Virus record (IMG/VR): IMGVR_UViG_3300031521_000021
Coordinates: 52,624-116,623 of that record
DNA length: 64,000 nt
Strand: one strand, 5' to 3'
From: a virus
Below, one piece after another: positions 60,883 to 64,000 of this stretch (position 1 is the first letter of the stretch; each line of letters starts with the position of its first letter). The notes beneath the pieces are model-generated. The model was not told where the DNA came from. It worked only from the letters and a program-made list of their open reading frames with translations, and made no database searches. Both the position numbers and the translations under genes were made by a program.

Positions 60883-63100
60883 AAAAGATAGCATGGTTTA
60901 AATATATTGAGTATAATATAAAGAGATATGAATAATTAAATGATTATATTGAGTTATAGGAGTGTGTAAATAATGGATAATGAAAATATTTATGATGACC
61001 AAATATGTGAAGCATGTGGCAACGAAGTAAATGGAGATGAAGCAGATACTTATGGCGGATTATGCAAACATTGTTATGATAATTATGATGAAGATTTATT
61101 AAATAATACAAACATAAAGTGTACTACCGAATGTGACTTACTGTGTACTAAAAATTCTAGAAGTATAGGTATTAATTTTCCTGGAAAGGGAGAACATTTT
61201 TCAGATTATAGTCAAGGTTGTGCAGATTATAATAGTGTTATAATTAATACTGTAGATAACTTTGGACAGAGCATTAAAAGGAGAAGATAGAATGTTAAAA
61301 AGTAATATTGTTAGTTATATAAAATTAAGAGATAACATGAACATGAAAGAAATAGAAAAAGACCAAGCTTTATGTGAAGCTGATGTTTATATATTAGAAA
61401 TCGGATATCAATTATATTTAAAAAAGATATCCTTAGATGTGATACTAGAAGATATTAAATTGGGAAGTAAAAATATTTTAGTTAATTCTAAATTAGAAGA
61501 GATATTGAGAGATATTAATCATTCTGGATGTGTAATACATCAAAATATATTAAAACAAAATATAATAGATAAAGAATTAAATAATATAGGAATCCAAGTA
61601 TCAAAAGGTATTGATTTAATAAAGAATATATAATTGAGTATTAAGGAGGAAGAAAAGTAATGAGAATGGTTTTAGAAGATATAAAATCAAAAGCAGAAGA
61701 AAGAGGCTATAAATTTTATATAAGAAATATGGATAATTCAGAATTATATTATACCAAGAATAACATTATCTTAATTCTATATCCAAAATGTGGAGGATTC
61801 GCTTTTAATTTTTATATAGATGAATCAGTAAATTTAGAAACTATTCAACATGGTTCATTTATGGATGATGAGCATTTTAAAAGTATAGAAAGTAATTTTA
61901 TTAAATATGTTGGTATGATTGAAAAAGGAAATAAATTAAATAATAAATGATTAAGAGGTGGTAAATTATGAAGATAATAAAAGTAGATAATTATGATAGA
62001 GAGTTATATGATGATAATCTAATTGCTGAAAATATTGTTAATGTATATTATGAAAAATTAATCGTAGATGTATTAAATAGCGAGTCTAAAAGAAGTGACG
62101 AGGATTATTTTAGACTTGTAGAAGACGATTATACACTATTTAAAAGAGATTATTAAAAATAGATAAAATATTAAAACAATATATAATCTATAGTTAAGGG
62201 GAGGATTAATATGAGTCGAGGAATTAACTGGTTTAAAGATTTTAAAATAGAGGAAGAAATTATTGATAATATATTTGGACAAGATATTACATACAGTGTG
62301 GAATTCTTAGATGGTGATAGTACATCTTTTAGCGAAGGCAATATAACCAAGTATCAAGATGCCTTTAAGAAGTATGGGAATATATCAATTCCTTATGTAG
62401 AATATGAATATTATTCAAAGCCTAGATATCTAAAAGAAAGATTTATTGAACCTAAAACATTATCAGAAGTTTGTAGTAAAATTTTATCTAATTGTATTTT
62501 AGATAAATATGATATCAAAAGCAGAATTGAATGGTTTAAAGAAATGTCTGATAAAGGATATTATTTTAGCTTTGATGCGTTTTAGATTATTTAAAATATT
62601 TATAAGGAGAGTGAATTTTAATAAAGATAGAATTTGAAAATGGAACAATAATTGAATCAATTAAAAATGTCGAACATAACAAACGAAGTATTAAAAGGCA
62701 AACCTTCAAAGTATCAGATGATTTTTGCAAAAGAAATATAAAATGTAAAACTTTAATATTGTTCAAAAATGAAAATAATTTGGAAACTTGTTTTGAAAAA
62801 TTAAAAGATGATGTTGATTCAATTAAAAAAGTATCATATTCAAAATATAGATTTGAAATTGAATTTTTTGATAACATTATAATTTATGGCATAGTCTACA
62901 ATGGTTCTATATCAAAAGCCTGTTGGGTTAATAATATATATGTAGACAGTGAATTAAATTTAAATGAGGATGATTTTAATGTCTTATATTCAATGATTTT
63001 AGATTTAGAACCACACAATCGGATTATAAGTTTTAAAATAAGTAGTTAAAAAATGTATTTTAATTAAATGTTAATAAATTAATAGAAGGAGAATATATAA

Positions 63101-63688
63101 ATGGGATCATTAAAAGGAATATCAATGTCTTTATCTGGACGTAAAAGAGATGATGGAATAGATTTTTATGCAACACCAGAATGGGCAACAGAAGAATTAT
63201 TAAAGAAGGAAAGTTTTAAAGGTGATATATTAGAACCTTGTAGTGGATCAGGTGCAATAAGTAAGGTATTAGAAAAGTCTGGATATAATGTAATTTCATC
63301 TGATTTACGAGAAGATGAGGGTGTATATGGCTATGGAGGTATAGACTTATTTGAAATTGAAAAAACAGAAGCTACTAATATAATCAGTAATCCACCATTC
63401 TTCTGTGCTACAGAAGTAATAGAAAAATGTATTGATTTAATTCCTGAAGGTGGTAACGTAGCTATGATATTAAAATTGTCTTTTCTTGAAAGTGCTAGGA
63501 GATATCCATTTTGGAAGGGAACACCTTTAAAGAAAGTATACATATTTTGCAAAAGAGTTGTATTTTGGAATGAGATATTGCAATTAGATGATGGTAAACG
63601 AGGAAAACATAATGGAACTATACCGTTTGCTTGGTACATATGGGAAAAGGGGTATAAAGGTGAACCAATTATAGATTGGATTTTGTAA
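63101..63688 (+). CDS. SAM-dependent amino (N6-adenine type) DNA methyltransferase
   Basis: DFYATPEW, ILEPCSGSGAI, ISNPPF. Confidence 0.82.
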   Translation: MGSLKGISMSLSGRKRDDGIDFYATPEWATEELLKKESFKGDILEPCSGSGAISKVLEKSGYNVISSDLREDEGVYGYGGIDLFEIEKTEATNIISNPPFFCATEVIEKCIDLIPEGGNVAMILKLSFLESARRYPFWKGTPLKKVYIFCKRVVFWNEILQLDDGKRGKHNGTIPFAWYIWEKGYKGEPIIDWIL

Positions 63689-64000
63689 ATATACATAAAA
63701 TAAATTAATACAAATATAGATAAGTATTGTTTTATATTTTATTAATTGATATAATATTATTAATAGATAAAAATTTATATAATAAATATGGAGGAAAGTA
63801 ATTATGTTTAAAACAGAAAAAAGAGATTTTAAAAAAGGAGATATAATAGTATTTTGTGATGAAGAATATGAAGTAATGGAGAACTACGGGACTTCAGGAA
63901 AAGTAAAAGAAAATTATCCTAATGGGACAGTTATAGATACTTTCTACTGGGTTTATGGTAATAGTGAATGTACTCTTAAAGAAAAGTGATTTTAAATAAT

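Larger units (their letters stand above)
1..64000 (+). mobile_element. Accessory/early and regulatory region of a large temperate (SPbeta-like) Firmicutes phage or prophage
   Basis: Very low GC, co-oriented short ORFs with Firmicutes RBS (GGAGG/AAGGAG), HNH/AP2, Rha/AntA/KilAC-like, integrase and XRE genes; no host housekeeping operons. Confidence 0.85.

Noticed and set aside
3149-63696. Most minus-strand ORFs in the track (e.g. 3149, 7293, 25792, 36954, 48634, 63331)
   Set aside because: They are antisense shadows of plus-strand genes with F/L/I/S-rich composition and no RBS; only 21017 and 21650 are credible
1-64000. CRISPR array, tRNA or rRNA genes
   Set aside because: No regularly spaced identical repeats with spacers and no cloverleaf or rRNA-like sequence seen by eye

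Overview
AT-rich, almost entirely plus-strand segment of a large temperate Firmicutes phage or prophage, probably Clostridium-infecting and SPbeta-like in organisation. It contains no structural, rRNA, tRNA or CRISPR genes. Most of it is a dense array of short accessory/early genes behind sigmaA-type promoters, including HNH endonucleases, antirepressor-like proteins, an intact XerC/D-type recombinase, a guanylate kinase, a GH13 amylase-like enzyme and a DNA methyltransferase. The centre (about 21.0-27.4 kb) looks like a lysis-lysogeny control module. It has two XRE regulators with Spo0A and LexA boxes, a DGQHR/ParB-like gene plus a catalytically degenerate tyrosine-recombinase-fold gene (like SPbeta yopQ-yopR/mrpR), and a phage-encoded MazF without MazE behind three tandem promoters. 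These are followed by a helical 220-aa protein and an unannotated 34-aa secreted pre-peptide predicted to release the hexapeptide GSIGRG, which resembles arbitrium signals. Two dispersed DNA motifs stand out. One is a palindromic TAAAA-N6-TTTTA element at about 40 accessory-gene boundaries (candidate recombination or cassette sites). The other is an AAYAAATTAAYAGAA element beside promoters (candidate master operator). All calls come from manual reading; no database searches were run.
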